Below are positions 34,849 to 43,684 of a stretch of 48,051 nucleotides of DNA, in pieces; position 1 is the first letter of the stretch, and each line of letters begins with the position of its first letter. A model generated the notes under the pieces. The model was not told where the DNA came from and searched no databases. It was given only the letters and a program-made list of their open reading frames with translations. The DNA lies in contig MGSF01000062.1 of the NCBI GenBank assembly GCA_001798715.1, positions 1-48,051 of the forward strand, given 5' to 3'. This DNA is from Deltaproteobacteria bacterium RIFCSPLOWO2_02_FULL_50_16 (GTDB lineage Bacteria > UBA10199 > 2-02-FULL-50-16). The position numbers and the translations under genes are program-made.

Positions 34849-35123
34849 CCCAAAGGGGCCACTCGCGCCGCAATGATATTGATGGCCGGAGCGATGATGA
34901 AAGACCAGAGGGCCTCGTCTTTTTTTGTGAGGGCGATGTAGTTTTGCTGGCAGGTGACCCTCGTTATTCCTATGATATGAAACAGGGGTGAGGCAATCTC
35001 GTCCCCTGCGGCTTCTTCCCTGGAAATAAAGTCACGACTCTCCTCCTCAGAAAAAGTATGGCTGATGATAAATCGATAAACATTGGGATCGCTCGTGGGT
35101 TCTGTGTTGAGAAAAACGGCCAT
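34845..35123 (-). CDS. Stand-alone Nfu/NifU N-terminal (Nfu_N) domain protein
   Basis: 92 aa. FLNTEPTSDPNVYRFI and SPLFHIIGITRVTCQQNYIALTKKDEALW parallel the Nfu_N pattern FIQTxxTPNPNxLKF ... SPLAxxLFxIxGVxxVFxGxDFITVTK. Confidence 0.55.
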   Translation of the reverse strand: MAVFLNTEPTSDPNVYRFIISHTFSEEESRDFISREEAAGDEIASPLFHIIGITRVTCQQNYIALTKKDEALWSFIIAPAINIIAARVAPLG

Positions 35124-35133
35124 GATTTTATCT

Positions 35134-35604
35134 TTATTGTTTTTTCACTTTTAGAGAAAGGGTCAGGGCAAAACGGGCGACGGGATCGTTTCCAGAAACC
35201 TTGGGGGTGATCGCCGTGATGTGAACGGACTTGTTGATGCGTTCCCCTGTCTTTATGGCCTGTTTGATGGCGGTGATGATCTTGGGACCCTCTTTGTTGA
35301 TAAAATGGACATCGGATTCGGCACGACGAAGAAAATCCGCCTTGAAATCTTTGAATAGAAAATTGATTTTATTTCCCGTCTTGTGGATGTAATGGAGCGC
35401 AAAAAGTCCGCCCGCACAATCGGCACCAATGGTCAAGGCCCCAAAATACATGCAGTTCAGGTGGTTTTTCGTAACGTAATTTAAGGGGATTTTGATTTCG
35501 GTGCGCTCTTTTGTCAGGCAGATGACCTTCGGTTGCACAAGGGCGATCAAGGGAATTCTCAACCAGCCGAAGGTTCTTAAAAGTAGGGTGTCTGTCCAAC
35601 TCAT
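35134..35604 (-). CDS. DUF4442-like hotdog-fold protein
   Basis: 156 aa. FGWLRIPLIALVQPKV...IPLNYVTKNHLNCMYFGALTIGADCAGG fits the DUF4442/thioesterase-like pattern. No obvious SD. Confidence 0.5.
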   Translation of the reverse strand: MSWTDTLLLRTFGWLRIPLIALVQPKVICLTKERTEIKIPLNYVTKNHLNCMYFGALTIGADCAGGLFALHYIHKTGNKINFLFKDFKADFLRRAESDVHFINKEGPKIITAIKQAIKTGERINKSVHITAITPKVSGNDPVARFALTLSLKVKKQ

Positions 35605-35685
35605 AGTAAAGATTTTGTATGCCTTCTCAAGAGTTCTATCAAGGGGAAAATCAACAACAACCCATTTTTCATGACTCCCATTATT

Positions 35686-35880
35686 GTGAGAGTGGTGGGA
35701 AACAACATTTTCTCTCGCTTTTGCCCCAAGCCTTCCACTGCCAGGCTTGGGACAGCTAGCCCCTCTCCCTATTATATTTATGAAGGTAAGGGGCTAAAGC
35801 CGCCCATCGCATCTCTGATGCTTCAGGGTCTCAAGCCTCTGGCTTGAGGCTCAAGAAAAGTTATTTCCCACCACTCTTAT
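35686..35880 (-). other. Structured intercistronic element (about 195 nt) closed by a 14-bp perfect stem and containing at least 3 internal hairpins
   Basis: agagtggtgggaaa (35689-35702) is the exact reverse complement of 35864-35877. Internal hairpins are cccaagcct/aggcttggg (35725-35751), gcatc/gatgc (35809-35821) and ctcaagcc/ggcttgag (35830-35848). It contains 38-bp repeat copy 2. Confidence 0.65.
35757..35794. repeat. Copy 2 of the 38-bp exact repeat
   Basis: Identical to 19560-19597. Here the inverted partner arm seen at copy 1 is absent. Confidence 0.9.
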
Positions 35881-36543
35881 TTATTGATTCTGGATTCTTA
35901 GGACTTCACTTTCCAGGTTTTTAAACATCTGGGGAATTGTTTGAGTGGCCCCCATCCTGGCGGCCCAACGAGGAACATTGCCGCCGGGGTGGATGCTGTC
36001 TTGATAGCGCGCAAAGGTATGAGAAGGTTCTTCGGCCGGTTGCAGATACCAGCAGCCCTGTGCGTTTTCTATGTTGCCGAAGACAAGATTCCAGCATCGG
36101 TAAAATTTATCTTGAAAGGCCTCTGATTCGTCATGGATGGTGTGGAGGATGTACCATCGATTGGTGACGGGAAAAGGGGTGTTTAAGACCATAAAGACAA
36201 AACCCTCCCATTTTCCGCCTTTGAGTCGGTGATCATCGGTTTTGTACAGACGGGCAATTTCTTGAATTTTATTGATATGATTTGTTTTGGTTTTTTTCAG
36301 GGCATCGACTCCTTCTTGTGTAATAAAAAAACTCTCCCTGACCCGGGGCATAAACTTCGCAAAATCGTTAAAGCGAATTAATGTCTCCCAAATGGCATTG
36401 GGAGAGGCTTTGAGGATGCCCTCGGCATTCACAGCTGACGGGGCATTATCGTGCATCTCATGCCAGACCTTAATGGGGGCTGCCTCAAGACTGTTGGCAA
36501 TAAATAAAGCAAAAATTGCAAAAGGGATGATTATTTTTTTCAT
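35881..36543 (-). CDS. Secreted START/SRPBCC-like lipid-binding domain protein
   Basis: 220 aa. Signal peptide MKKIIIPFAIFALFIANSLEA. The body resembles the START/Bet v1-like fold (WETLIRFNDFAKFMPRV, WYLQP). Starts 1 nt after the TetR stop. Confidence 0.5.
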   Translation of the reverse strand: MKKIIIPFAIFALFIANSLEAAPIKVWHEMHDNAPSAVNAEGILKASPNAIWETLIRFNDFAKFMPRVRESFFITQEGVDALKKTKTNHINKIQEIARLYKTDDHRLKGGKWEGFVFMVLNTPFPVTNRWYILHTIHDESEAFQDKFYRCWNLVFGNIENAQGCWYLQPAEEPSHTFARYQDSIHPGGNVPRWAARMGATQTIPQMFKNLESEVLRIQNQ

Positions 36544-36544
36544 T

Positions 36545-37162
36545 TTATTTCTCCATCAGACCCAGGGTCGTCAAAACTGTATCAATGAACTGTTTTTTAA
36601 ATCGCAGGGCTATTTTCTTTTCAGGCATGGACTCTCCCAAAACGTTTTTTTGGCAATAAAGGTCGGAGAAGGGAATCAAGATAAGGCCGTAAAATGAAAA
36701 GAGGGTGATCTCCGGATCGACGGGGCGTATTTTTTTCTCTTTAATCAGTCTTTTGATCTCAGAAATGGCTTGAAGGACTAAGGGAGTCATGTGTCTCTTA
36801 TTGAGTTCGACACAGGAGGGGGGCTCTTCAAGGTTGATGTAGTTGAGCAATCGAGGGTATTCGGGATTTTTGATAAAAAAGTCATAAAAATTTCCTAAAT
36901 GTCTTTCAATGGATTCTTTGAGGCTTTTTGAGGGGCTCTGAAAAACATTGAGGCTCAAGGTCGCGACCTCGGTCATGATGCGCTGATAGACGGCCATGAG
37001 GAGGTCCTCCTTTCCTCCCCAGTGATAATGAAGGGCGGCAATGTTGACCTGGGCCTCCGCCACGATATCGCGCGTCGTTGTTCCCTTGATCCCTTTTTGG
37101 GCGAAGAGACAAATGGCGGCTTGGAGTATCTTTTCTTTTGTCGCGGGCGGATTCATTTTCAA
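36545..37162 (-). CDS. TetR/AcrR-family transcriptional regulator
   Basis: KEKILQAAICLFAQKGIKGTTTRDIVAEAQVNIAALHYHWGGKEDL is a canonical TetR N-terminal HTH. Confidence 0.9.
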   Translation of the reverse strand: MKMNPPATKEKILQAAICLFAQKGIKGTTTRDIVAEAQVNIAALHYHWGGKEDLLMAVYQRIMTEVATLSLNVFQSPSKSLKESIERHLGNFYDFFIKNPEYPRLLNYINLEEPPSCVELNKRHMTPLVLQAISEIKRLIKEKKIRPVDPEITLFSFYGLILIPFSDLYCQKNVLGESMPEKKIALRFKKQFIDTVLTTLGLMEK

Positions 37163-37167
37163 TCCTT

Positions 37168-37191
37168 TGATTTAATCGTTTGATTAAATCA
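37168..37191. promoter_or_regulatory. Candidate TetR operator: perfect 10-bp inverted repeat tgatttaatc gttt gattaaatca
   Basis: Read directly. Begins 6 nt upstream of the tetR start codon. Confidence 0.6.
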
Positions 37192-37303
37192 TTTGATTGG
37201 TTCTGTCAAGGGGATTTATTAGAAATGGGCTAATACGGCAATCATTTGAAATTATTGATTTTTTCGTTGACGACGACAAAAGATCTGCCTAACAAGGGGG
37301 GCT

Positions 37304-38578
37304 ATGGTGTCCATTCTTCAGGAGCTGGAGGCGCGGGAATACTTTGGGATGCGATTGGGGCTTTCAAAGATCCAAGGCGTTTTGGCCTTTCTCCAACATC
37401 CGGAGAGGAAATATCCTTCCATCCATGTGGCGGGGACCAACGGCAAGGGTTCGACGGCCATGACAATAGCGATCCTCCTCCAACAAGCCGGATTAAGGGT
37501 GGGTCTCTTTACATCGCCTCACTTGATACGTCTCAATGAACGTTTTTGGTGTGATGGCCGCACGATCGATGATGCCTCCCTGGAAAGATTGGCCCGGGAA
37601 GTCGATGAAGCCCAAAAGTCCGTGTCCCTTCCAGAACCCCTCACCTTCTTTGAGTGGGTCACCGCCATGGTCTTTCTGTGGTTTGCGGAACAAAAAGTGG
37701 ATGTGGCCGTTTTAGAGGTGGGTCTCGGAGGCCGCCTGGACAGCACCAATGTCGTGATCCCTGATGTCTGTGTGATTACCTCCATCGGTTATGATCATGC
37801 AGAACGTCTCGGAAAAACCTTGGGTGAAATAGCTTATGAAAAGGCGGGGATCATAAAACCAGGGGTCCCTGTTATTTGCGGTGTCCAAGATAAGGGACTT
37901 CAATCCGTTTTTCAAAAAAAGGCCGATCAAGAAAAAGCGGAGATGATATTTGTCGATTTTTCCAAGAGATTGCACAGGCACGATGACGGGATTTTCGACT
38001 ATGATGAATATAAGGACTTGACCCTTTCATTATGGGGGAGTCATCAGTGTGAAAATGCCAGCCTGGCCATAGAAGCGGCGAGAACATTTTTAAAAATTCA
38101 CCAAATTTCACTCGGCGAGAAAATTATTCGTGAGGGGTTAAAGAGTGTTTGTTGGCCGGGGCGGCTGGAGTGGTTGCCCCAACACAGGACCCTCCTGGAT
38201 GGGGCCCACAATGTCGATGCCATCAGGGCCTTGGTTCGTTTTGTAGAGGAAAATTATGCCGGAAGTCCCTTGACGCTCCTCTTCGGGGCCATGAAAGACA
38301 AAGAGGCGGCCTCCATGCTAAAACACCTGGCCCCTTTTGCCAGCAAGATCATCGTGACGCGTCCCGGTCTGTGTTCTGACACGCGCCACATTGTGAAACG
38401 CAGTCTGGATCCGGATTTGCTCAAGGAATGTTTGTCCCATCGTGATATCAAGATTATTCCTGACAGTCAGAAGGCCTGGCAGGAGGCCCGGCATTTATTA
38501 GGGGAGGGAGAGATTATCCTGGTGACGGGATCTCTTTTTTTGGTGGGTGAGGTTAGACAATTTTTAGTCCATCCCTAG
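37304..38578 (+). CDS. folC: Folylpolyglutamate synthase / dihydrofolate synthase
   Basis: 424 aa. IHVAGTNGKGST P-loop, TSPHL, LEVGLGGRLDSTNV, DGAHN. Confidence 0.9.
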   Translation: MVSILQELEAREYFGMRLGLSKIQGVLAFLQHPERKYPSIHVAGTNGKGSTAMTIAILLQQAGLRVGLFTSPHLIRLNERFWCDGRTIDDASLERLAREVDEAQKSVSLPEPLTFFEWVTAMVFLWFAEQKVDVAVLEVGLGGRLDSTNVVIPDVCVITSIGYDHAERLGKTLGEIAYEKAGIIKPGVPVICGVQDKGLQSVFQKKADQEKAEMIFVDFSKRLHRHDDGIFDYDEYKDLTLSLWGSHQCENASLAIEAARTFLKIHQISLGEKIIREGLKSVCWPGRLEWLPQHRTLLDGAHNVDAIRALVRFVEENYAGSPLTLLFGAMKDKEAASMLKHLAPFASKIIVTRPGLCSDTRHIVKRSLDPDLLKECLSHRDIKIIPDSQKAWQEARHLLGEGEIILVTGSLFLVGEVRQFLVHP

Positions 38579-39370
38579 TTTGCTCAAACGCCCATGGATC
38601 TGGGCCTGACGGTACATCCACAAAAAGATCAGGGCCGAAACAATAAAATAAAAGATATTGAGAAAAAATGGCAGCAAGAGGTAGTCGAGGCTTAACGAAC
38701 CCTCTTTGACGATGGTCCGCATGCCTTCAAAGATATAGGTGCTCGGCAATCCCATGGCAATGACCTGCAGCCAGGGTGGCAGGATGGAGAGGGGATAAAA
38801 AACGGCGGAGATGGGTTGGAGAAGGAAGGGGACCCCCCATATGAGGGCCTCGGCGGCGAGCCCCCAGCGCAAAATCAATGAAGAGGTGATGAGGCCCACG
38901 GACCCTCCAAACAGAAGGAGATTCAAAGACATCGGGATAAGGTAGAGCCCTTGAGTTTCGATCAGGTTAAAATTGTAGAGACCCAGGGCCAAAACGCTCA
39001 AGATGATGAGGATGATGAGGATTTTGACAAAACCATAAATAAAGGCGGCGACAATCCACTCCCAGATTCTCAAAGGAGTCACCAGGATGTTGATGATATT
39101 TTGTGTCCAGACATCCTGGACAAAGGAGAGGGCGATGGCCTGCTGGCTTCTGTAAAGGATGTCCCAAAAGATCATGGCATTGATTAAAAAGACGATGATC
39201 TTTGAGAGGGCCCCATGGGCCACCTGCTGGATATAGAGGCTAACAAATCCCCAGACCAAGAGTTCCATGACGGGCCAAAAGGCAATTTCAAAGGCACGGG
39301 GGATGCTTCTCTTGTGAAGGTAAGAGTATCTCATAAACATGGCAAAAATATGGGACCAGGACTGTTTCAT
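38564..39370 (-). CDS. ABC-2 type transporter permease
   Basis: 268 aa, 6 TM helices. Overlaps (ATGA) the upstream ABC ATPase gene. Confidence 0.8.
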   Translation of the reverse strand: MKQSWSHIFAMFMRYSYLHKRSIPRAFEIAFWPVMELLVWGFVSLYIQQVAHGALSKIIVFLINAMIFWDILYRSQQAIALSFVQDVWTQNIINILVTPLRIWEWIVAAFIYGFVKILIILIILSVLALGLYNFNLIETQGLYLIPMSLNLLLFGGSVGLITSSLILRWGLAAEALIWGVPFLLQPISAVFYPLSILPPWLQVIAMGLPSTYIFEGMRTIVKEGSLSLDYLLLPFFLNIFYFIVSALIFLWMYRQAQIHGRLSKLGMD

Positions 39371-40107
39371 TGATATTCCCCCCGAACGATTTTGATAAAG
39401 ACCTGTTCTAGATTTTGTGTGGAGAATTTTTGGATGACTTCTTTGGGAGTTCCTTCCGCAAGGACCCGGCCCTGATGAATAAAGACAATACGGTCACAAA
39501 GCTGTTCGATTTCTGGCATGTTGTGTGAGGTGTAAAGAATTCCGATATTTTTTTCCTGGTTGAATTTTTTCAGTATCTTTCGGACCGTGTCGGCTATTTC
39601 AGGATCAAGGCTGGCTGTGGGTTCATCGAGCAAAAGGAGTTGCGGGTCATTCAGAAGGCATTTGCATAGATTGAGTCTTGTTTTTTCTCCAGAAGAGAGA
39701 GCGCCCGTGAGACGCTTGGTCAAATAAGATATCTCGAAAAGTTCCAAGAGATCTGAAATTTTATTTTTTGCATTGGGAACGGCATAGAGGCGTGCAAAGG
39801 TTTTTAGATTTTCCATTACAGTGAGATTGGTCGGGAGCTGGACATAGGCGGAGGAAAAATTGATATTTTGAGCAATCACATGGCGTTCTTTGAAGGGGGA
39901 CATGCCGAGGACGGAGACCTCACCTGAGGTGGGGGTTAAAATGCCAAGCAGGGTATGCATCGCTGTGGTCTTGCCGGCACCATTGGGTCCCAAGAGTCCT
40001 ACAATCTCCCCATTTTGGAGTGTGAGGTTGAAATGGTTCAGGGCCAGGGTTCCAGGAAACTGCTTGCACAAGTCTTTGATTTCGATAAGGGGTAAAAGTG
40101 GGGACAT
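39367..40107 (-). CDS. ABC transporter ATP-binding protein
   Basis: GLLGPNGAGKTT (Walker A), LSSGEKTRL (signature), LLLLDEPT (Walker B). Confidence 0.9.
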   Translation of the reverse strand: MSPLLPLIEIKDLCKQFPGTLALNHFNLTLQNGEIVGLLGPNGAGKTTAMHTLLGILTPTSGEVSVLGMSPFKERHVIAQNINFSSAYVQLPTNLTVMENLKTFARLYAVPNAKNKISDLLELFEISYLTKRLTGALSSGEKTRLNLCKCLLNDPQLLLLDEPTASLDPEIADTVRKILKKFNQEKNIGILYTSHNMPEIEQLCDRIVFIHQGRVLAEGTPKEVIQKFSTQNLEQVFIKIVRGEYQ

Positions 40108-40111
40108 GGAT

Positions 40112-40825
40112 CTAAAGGATATTTCCGATTATTTTCTTTTGGTGGTGAATCAGCTGGCGAATTCCTTGAGTGGAGATTTTAATCATTGCCGCCATTTGTT
40201 TATTTGAAAAAGGGACTTTTTCGGCAGTGCCCTGGATTTCTATAAATTTTCCCGATCCTGTCATGACGACATTCATGTCGACATCGGCACATACATCACG
40301 CTCATAATCAAGATCGAGCCACAATTTTCCACCCACGTAACCCACAGAAACGGCTGCCACATAATCATCAACGGGAATTTTATGGATCTTTTTTTCCTTC
40401 ATGGCCTTTTTCATGGCCAAGATCATGGCGATAAAACCCCCTGTAATGGCGGCTGTCCGCGTTCCTCCATCGGCCTGGATGACATCGCAATCGACAATAA
40501 TTGTGTTTTCACCCAGGGCATGAAGATCTGTCACGGCCCTTAGGGAGCGACCAATCAGGCGCTGAATTTCTTGAGTACGGCCGGATTGTTTTCCCCGTGT
40601 GGCCTCACGGTGGATGCGTTGTGGAGAAGAGCCCGGAAGCATGCCATATTCTGCCGTGACCCAGCCCGTCTCTTCCCCCTTTTTCCAAGAAGGGACGCCT
40701 TCTTGCCACATGGCCGTGCAGATGACGCGGGTCTTGCCAAAGGCAATCTCGCACGAACCATCCGATGTCTTAATCGTATCGGGTCTGATCTTTACGGGGC
40801 GCAGTTTTTTGGGGCTACGGGACAT
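40112..40825 (-). CDS. rph: Ribonuclease PH
   Basis: 237 aa. GSCEIAFGKTRVICTA, TAEYGMLPGS, GRTQEIQRLIGRSLRA, DCDVIQADGGTRTAAITG. Confidence 0.95.
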   Translation of the reverse strand: MSRSPKKLRPVKIRPDTIKTSDGSCEIAFGKTRVICTAMWQEGVPSWKKGEETGWVTAEYGMLPGSSPQRIHREATRGKQSGRTQEIQRLIGRSLRAVTDLHALGENTIIVDCDVIQADGGTRTAAITGGFIAMILAMKKAMKEKKIHKIPVDDYVAAVSVGYVGGKLWLDLDYERDVCADVDMNVVMTGSGKFIEIQGTAEKVPFSNKQMAAMIKISTQGIRQLIHHQKKIIGNIL

Positions 40826-40839
40826 AGAGGAGTTCTTTA

Positions 40840-41748
40840 TTATAATTTATTAAGGATGTCTATCATCTTAGATTCGTCCGGAGAGAGGGAAACATCGAGA
40901 GATCTTATTGAATTTTCGATGCTGGTTATCCGGCTGGCCCCCGGAATGGGAACGATACAAGGAGATTTGGAACGCAGCCAGGCCAGGATAAGGCATTCGG
41001 GAGAGGTTTTCTTGCGAGTGGCCAAAGTGGCAAGGACGGGGATCTTTTTGAGCTGATGGACACGCCGGCTTCCTCCCAGAGGGCCCCAGGGAAAAAAGGT
41101 CAGTTTTTCATCTTCACAATATTGCAAGACACCGTCTCTTTCGGGTTCACGATCCCAGAGGTTGTAGGCATTTTGAACAGAGACGATGTCTAGGACAGAA
41201 CGGGCCCTCTCAATTTGACTCACGGAAAAATTTGAGACACCCACATGTTGCACAAAACCCTCTTCTACGGCCTCTTTGACGGCGGCCATTGAGTCTTCGA
41301 TCCTGAATTGAGGATCGGGGGAATGATATTGCCAGAGAAAGAGGGGATTTTTTCCCCCTAGGGCCTCAAAACTCTCACGAATAGTTTTTTTTAAATATTC
41401 AGGATCGCCATTGTTTGTCCAATCTCCATGAGGGCGCAAAAGCCCCCCCTTCGTGGCGATCCTAATGGAATCTGTATTTCCAAGATAGGTGTCAAGGGCC
41501 TTGGCCAGAAGTCTTTCGTTATGATGCTTGTCGTCTTCATTGAGGCAGTAGGCATCGGCCGTATCGATGAAGGTGATGCCACAATCAAGGGCCCGGTGGA
41601 TCACACGCAGGGCCTCCTCTTCAGGAGGGCGCCCTCTTAAAGAGAGGGGCATGGCACCAAGACCAATGGCTGAGATGCGGATATTTGTGGAACCCAGCTT
41701 GACGGTCTGCATGACGCCCATCTCACCACAAAGAGGGATGTATTGCAA
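40840..41748 (-). CDS. Aldo/keto reductase
   Basis: LGAMPLS, FIDTADAY, GVSNFS. The true start is probably MQTVKLG at 41712. Confidence 0.85.
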   Translation of the reverse strand: MQYIPLCGEMGVMQTVKLGSTNIRISAIGLGAMPLSLRGRPPEEEALRVIHRALDCGITFIDTADAYCLNEDDKHHNERLLAKALDTYLGNTDSIRIATKGGLLRPHGDWTNNGDPEYLKKTIRESFEALGGKNPLFLWQYHSPDPQFRIEDSMAAVKEAVEEGFVQHVGVSNFSVSQIERARSVLDIVSVQNAYNLWDREPERDGVLQYCEDEKLTFFPWGPLGGSRRVHQLKKIPVLATLATRKKTSPECLILAWLRSKSPCIVPIPGASRITSIENSIRSLDVSLSPDESKMIDILNKL

Positions 41749-41803
41749 ATAGTTACGCGTCCAACCTTGCTTCGGTTTTTTCCTTGATGTAATCTGATAC
41801 GCT

Positions 41804-43681
41804 ATGACTTCCTCCTATCCCAAGGCCCCGGGTGTTTATCTCATGAAAAACTCTCAAGGGGTCGTTCTTTATGTGGGCAAGGCCAAAAATCTTAAGCACC
41901 GAATAGCGCAATATTTTTCACGCGAAGCCGAACAACGCTATCAAATCAAATTTTTAATGAGACGGGTTTCGGATATTGATGTGGTGGTGACAGATACGGA
42001 AAAAGAGGCCCTTCTCCTTGAGAACACCCTCATTAAGAAACACAAGCCGCGCTATAACATTCAATTGCGCGATGACAAAAGTTATCTTAGCTTAAAATTA
42101 TCCATTCAGGACAAGTTTCCACGACTCACTATCACACGATCCATCAAGAAAGATGGAAGTCAGTATTTTGGGCCCTATGCCTCTGCAACGGCCTGTAGGG
42201 ATGTTTTGGATTTTATTGAACATAATTTTTGTTTACGGACTTGTTCTGACAGAGAATTGCAAAATCGTGCACGACCCTGCTTGCAGTATCAAATACAGCG
42301 CTGTGATGCGCCCTGCGTCGGACTCATAGATTCCGATCAATATCGAGATATTGTTGAGGAGGTAAAACTTTTTTTGTCAGGGAAGAATAAAGAGCTGCAA
42401 AAGATTTTGATGCAGAAGATGGAGGCGCTTTCAACAGCAGAAGAATTCGAAAAAGCGGCTCACTACAGAGATTTGCTCGGTAAAATAGAGCAGACTTTGG
42501 AAAAACAAAGGGTGGTAAAACATCACGGTCAAGATCGGGATTTTATTGTCCTCTATCATAACGGGCAAAAAGGTATTGTGAGTGTGATGACGATGAGAAA
42601 CGGCAATATTGTCGGGACATGTCATTATTACCTTCAGGGTTACCTGAAGGAAGTTTTTGACGCAAATGAAGTCCTCGAGCAATTCTTGTTACAATATTAT
42701 GCGGAAGAAAGAGATATTCCCAAAAACATCTCCCTCAATATTTCCTTGGCCTCCTTAAAATTGATAACTGAATGTCTCATGGAGAAAAAAGGGGAGGGTG
42801 TTTTCTTGGATGTGCCCCGACGAGGGGATCGTTTTAGGATGATCCAGTTGGTTTTGAAGAATGCAGAATTGGAATGGCGTCGTCGTTTAAAAAAGGATGT
42901 TGAAGAAGAGGAGATTTTAGCTGAATTACAAAAAAAGATTGGATTAAAAAACTTGCCGCGACGGATGGAGTGTTTTGATATTTCAAATATTCAAGGGAAA
43001 AGCGCAGTGGGTTCTTCTGTGCTTTTTGTGGATGGGAAACCCTCGAAAAGCGGGTATCGCCACTATCGTATTCGCGGGTGTGATGGGCACCAGCACCTTC
43101 ACGGAGCTCAGGTACGCTTAAAGCGCCGGAGGCGCGTTGCGAGGTGCGAGGGGTCTAATGATTTTTTGATGATGCGAGAGGTGTTGATGCGACGGTTTGC
43201 TTCTAAGAAAGAAGAGACTAAAAAATCAGTTTTAGAATTTCCGGACTTGCTTGTAGTGGATGGGGGCAAGGGTCAGTTGGCACAGGCCGTAAGGATTTTC
43301 GAAGAATTTGGTCTTCAAAAGATAGATATGATTGGTTTGGCGAAGAAGGCGGAGGGAGAAAAACAAGACAAGATTTTTATACCGGGAAGAAAAAATGCCA
43401 TTGTGTTGCCCCCCAAGTCGTTGTCATTGCGATTGTTGATGCAGATTCGTGATGAGGCCCATCGCTTCGCCGTTTCCTATCATCGTAAACTGCACAATCA
43501 GAGACTACAACATTCTCAGTTGGATCAAATAAAGGGGATCAGTCAGGTGAGGCGCAATGCCCTTCTGAGGTATTTTGGGAGTCTGGACAAAATCCGTGAA
43601 GCAAGTCTAGAAGATCTGTTGAAAGTGCCTCATCTGCAAAGAAGTATTGCGGAAAGGCTCTATCATCAGTTACACTCATGA
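41804..43681 (+). CDS. uvrC: Excinuclease ABC subunit C
   Basis: 625 aa. GIY-YIG (PGVYLMKN...VLYVGKAKNLKHR), UVR motif (EEFEKAAHYRDLL), RNase H-like endonuclease domain, C-terminal (HhH)2. Confidence 0.95.
   Translation: MTSSYPKAPGVYLMKNSQGVVLYVGKAKNLKHRIAQYFSREAEQRYQIKFLMRRVSDIDVVVTDTEKEALLLENTLIKKHKPRYNIQLRDDKSYLSLKLSIQDKFPRLTITRSIKKDGSQYFGPYASATACRDVLDFIEHNFCLRTCSDRELQNRARPCLQYQIQRCDAPCVGLIDSDQYRDIVEEVKLFLSGKNKELQKILMQKMEALSTAEEFEKAAHYRDLLGKIEQTLEKQRVVKHHGQDRDFIVLYHNGQKGIVSVMTMRNGNIVGTCHYYLQGYLKEVFDANEVLEQFLLQYYAEERDIPKNISLNISLASLKLITECLMEKKGEGVFLDVPRRGDRFRMIQLVLKNAELEWRRRLKKDVEEEEILAELQKKIGLKNLPRRMECFDISNIQGKSAVGSSVLFVDGKPSKSGYRHYRIRGCDGHQHLHGAQVRLKRRRRVARCEGSNDFLMMREVLMRRFASKKEETKKSVLEFPDLLVVDGGKGQLAQAVRIFEEFGLQKIDMIGLAKKAEGEKQDKIFIPGRKNAIVLPPKSLSLRLLMQIRDEAHRFAVSYHRKLHNQRLQHSQLDQIKGISQVRRNALLRYFGSLDKIREASLEDLLKVPHLQRSIAERLYHQLHS
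43079..43144 (+). other. GC-rich 66-bp in-frame insertion within uvrC (encodes CDGHQHLHGAQVRLKRRRRVAR)
   Basis: Interrupts the conserved YRxFKIK-xxEG-xDDF/Y block (here YRIRG [insert] CEGSNDF). Flanked by 9/11-matching direct repeats ggtgtgatggg (43077-43087) and ggtgcgagggg (43143-43153). Confidence 0.55.
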
Positions 43682-43684
43682 TTG

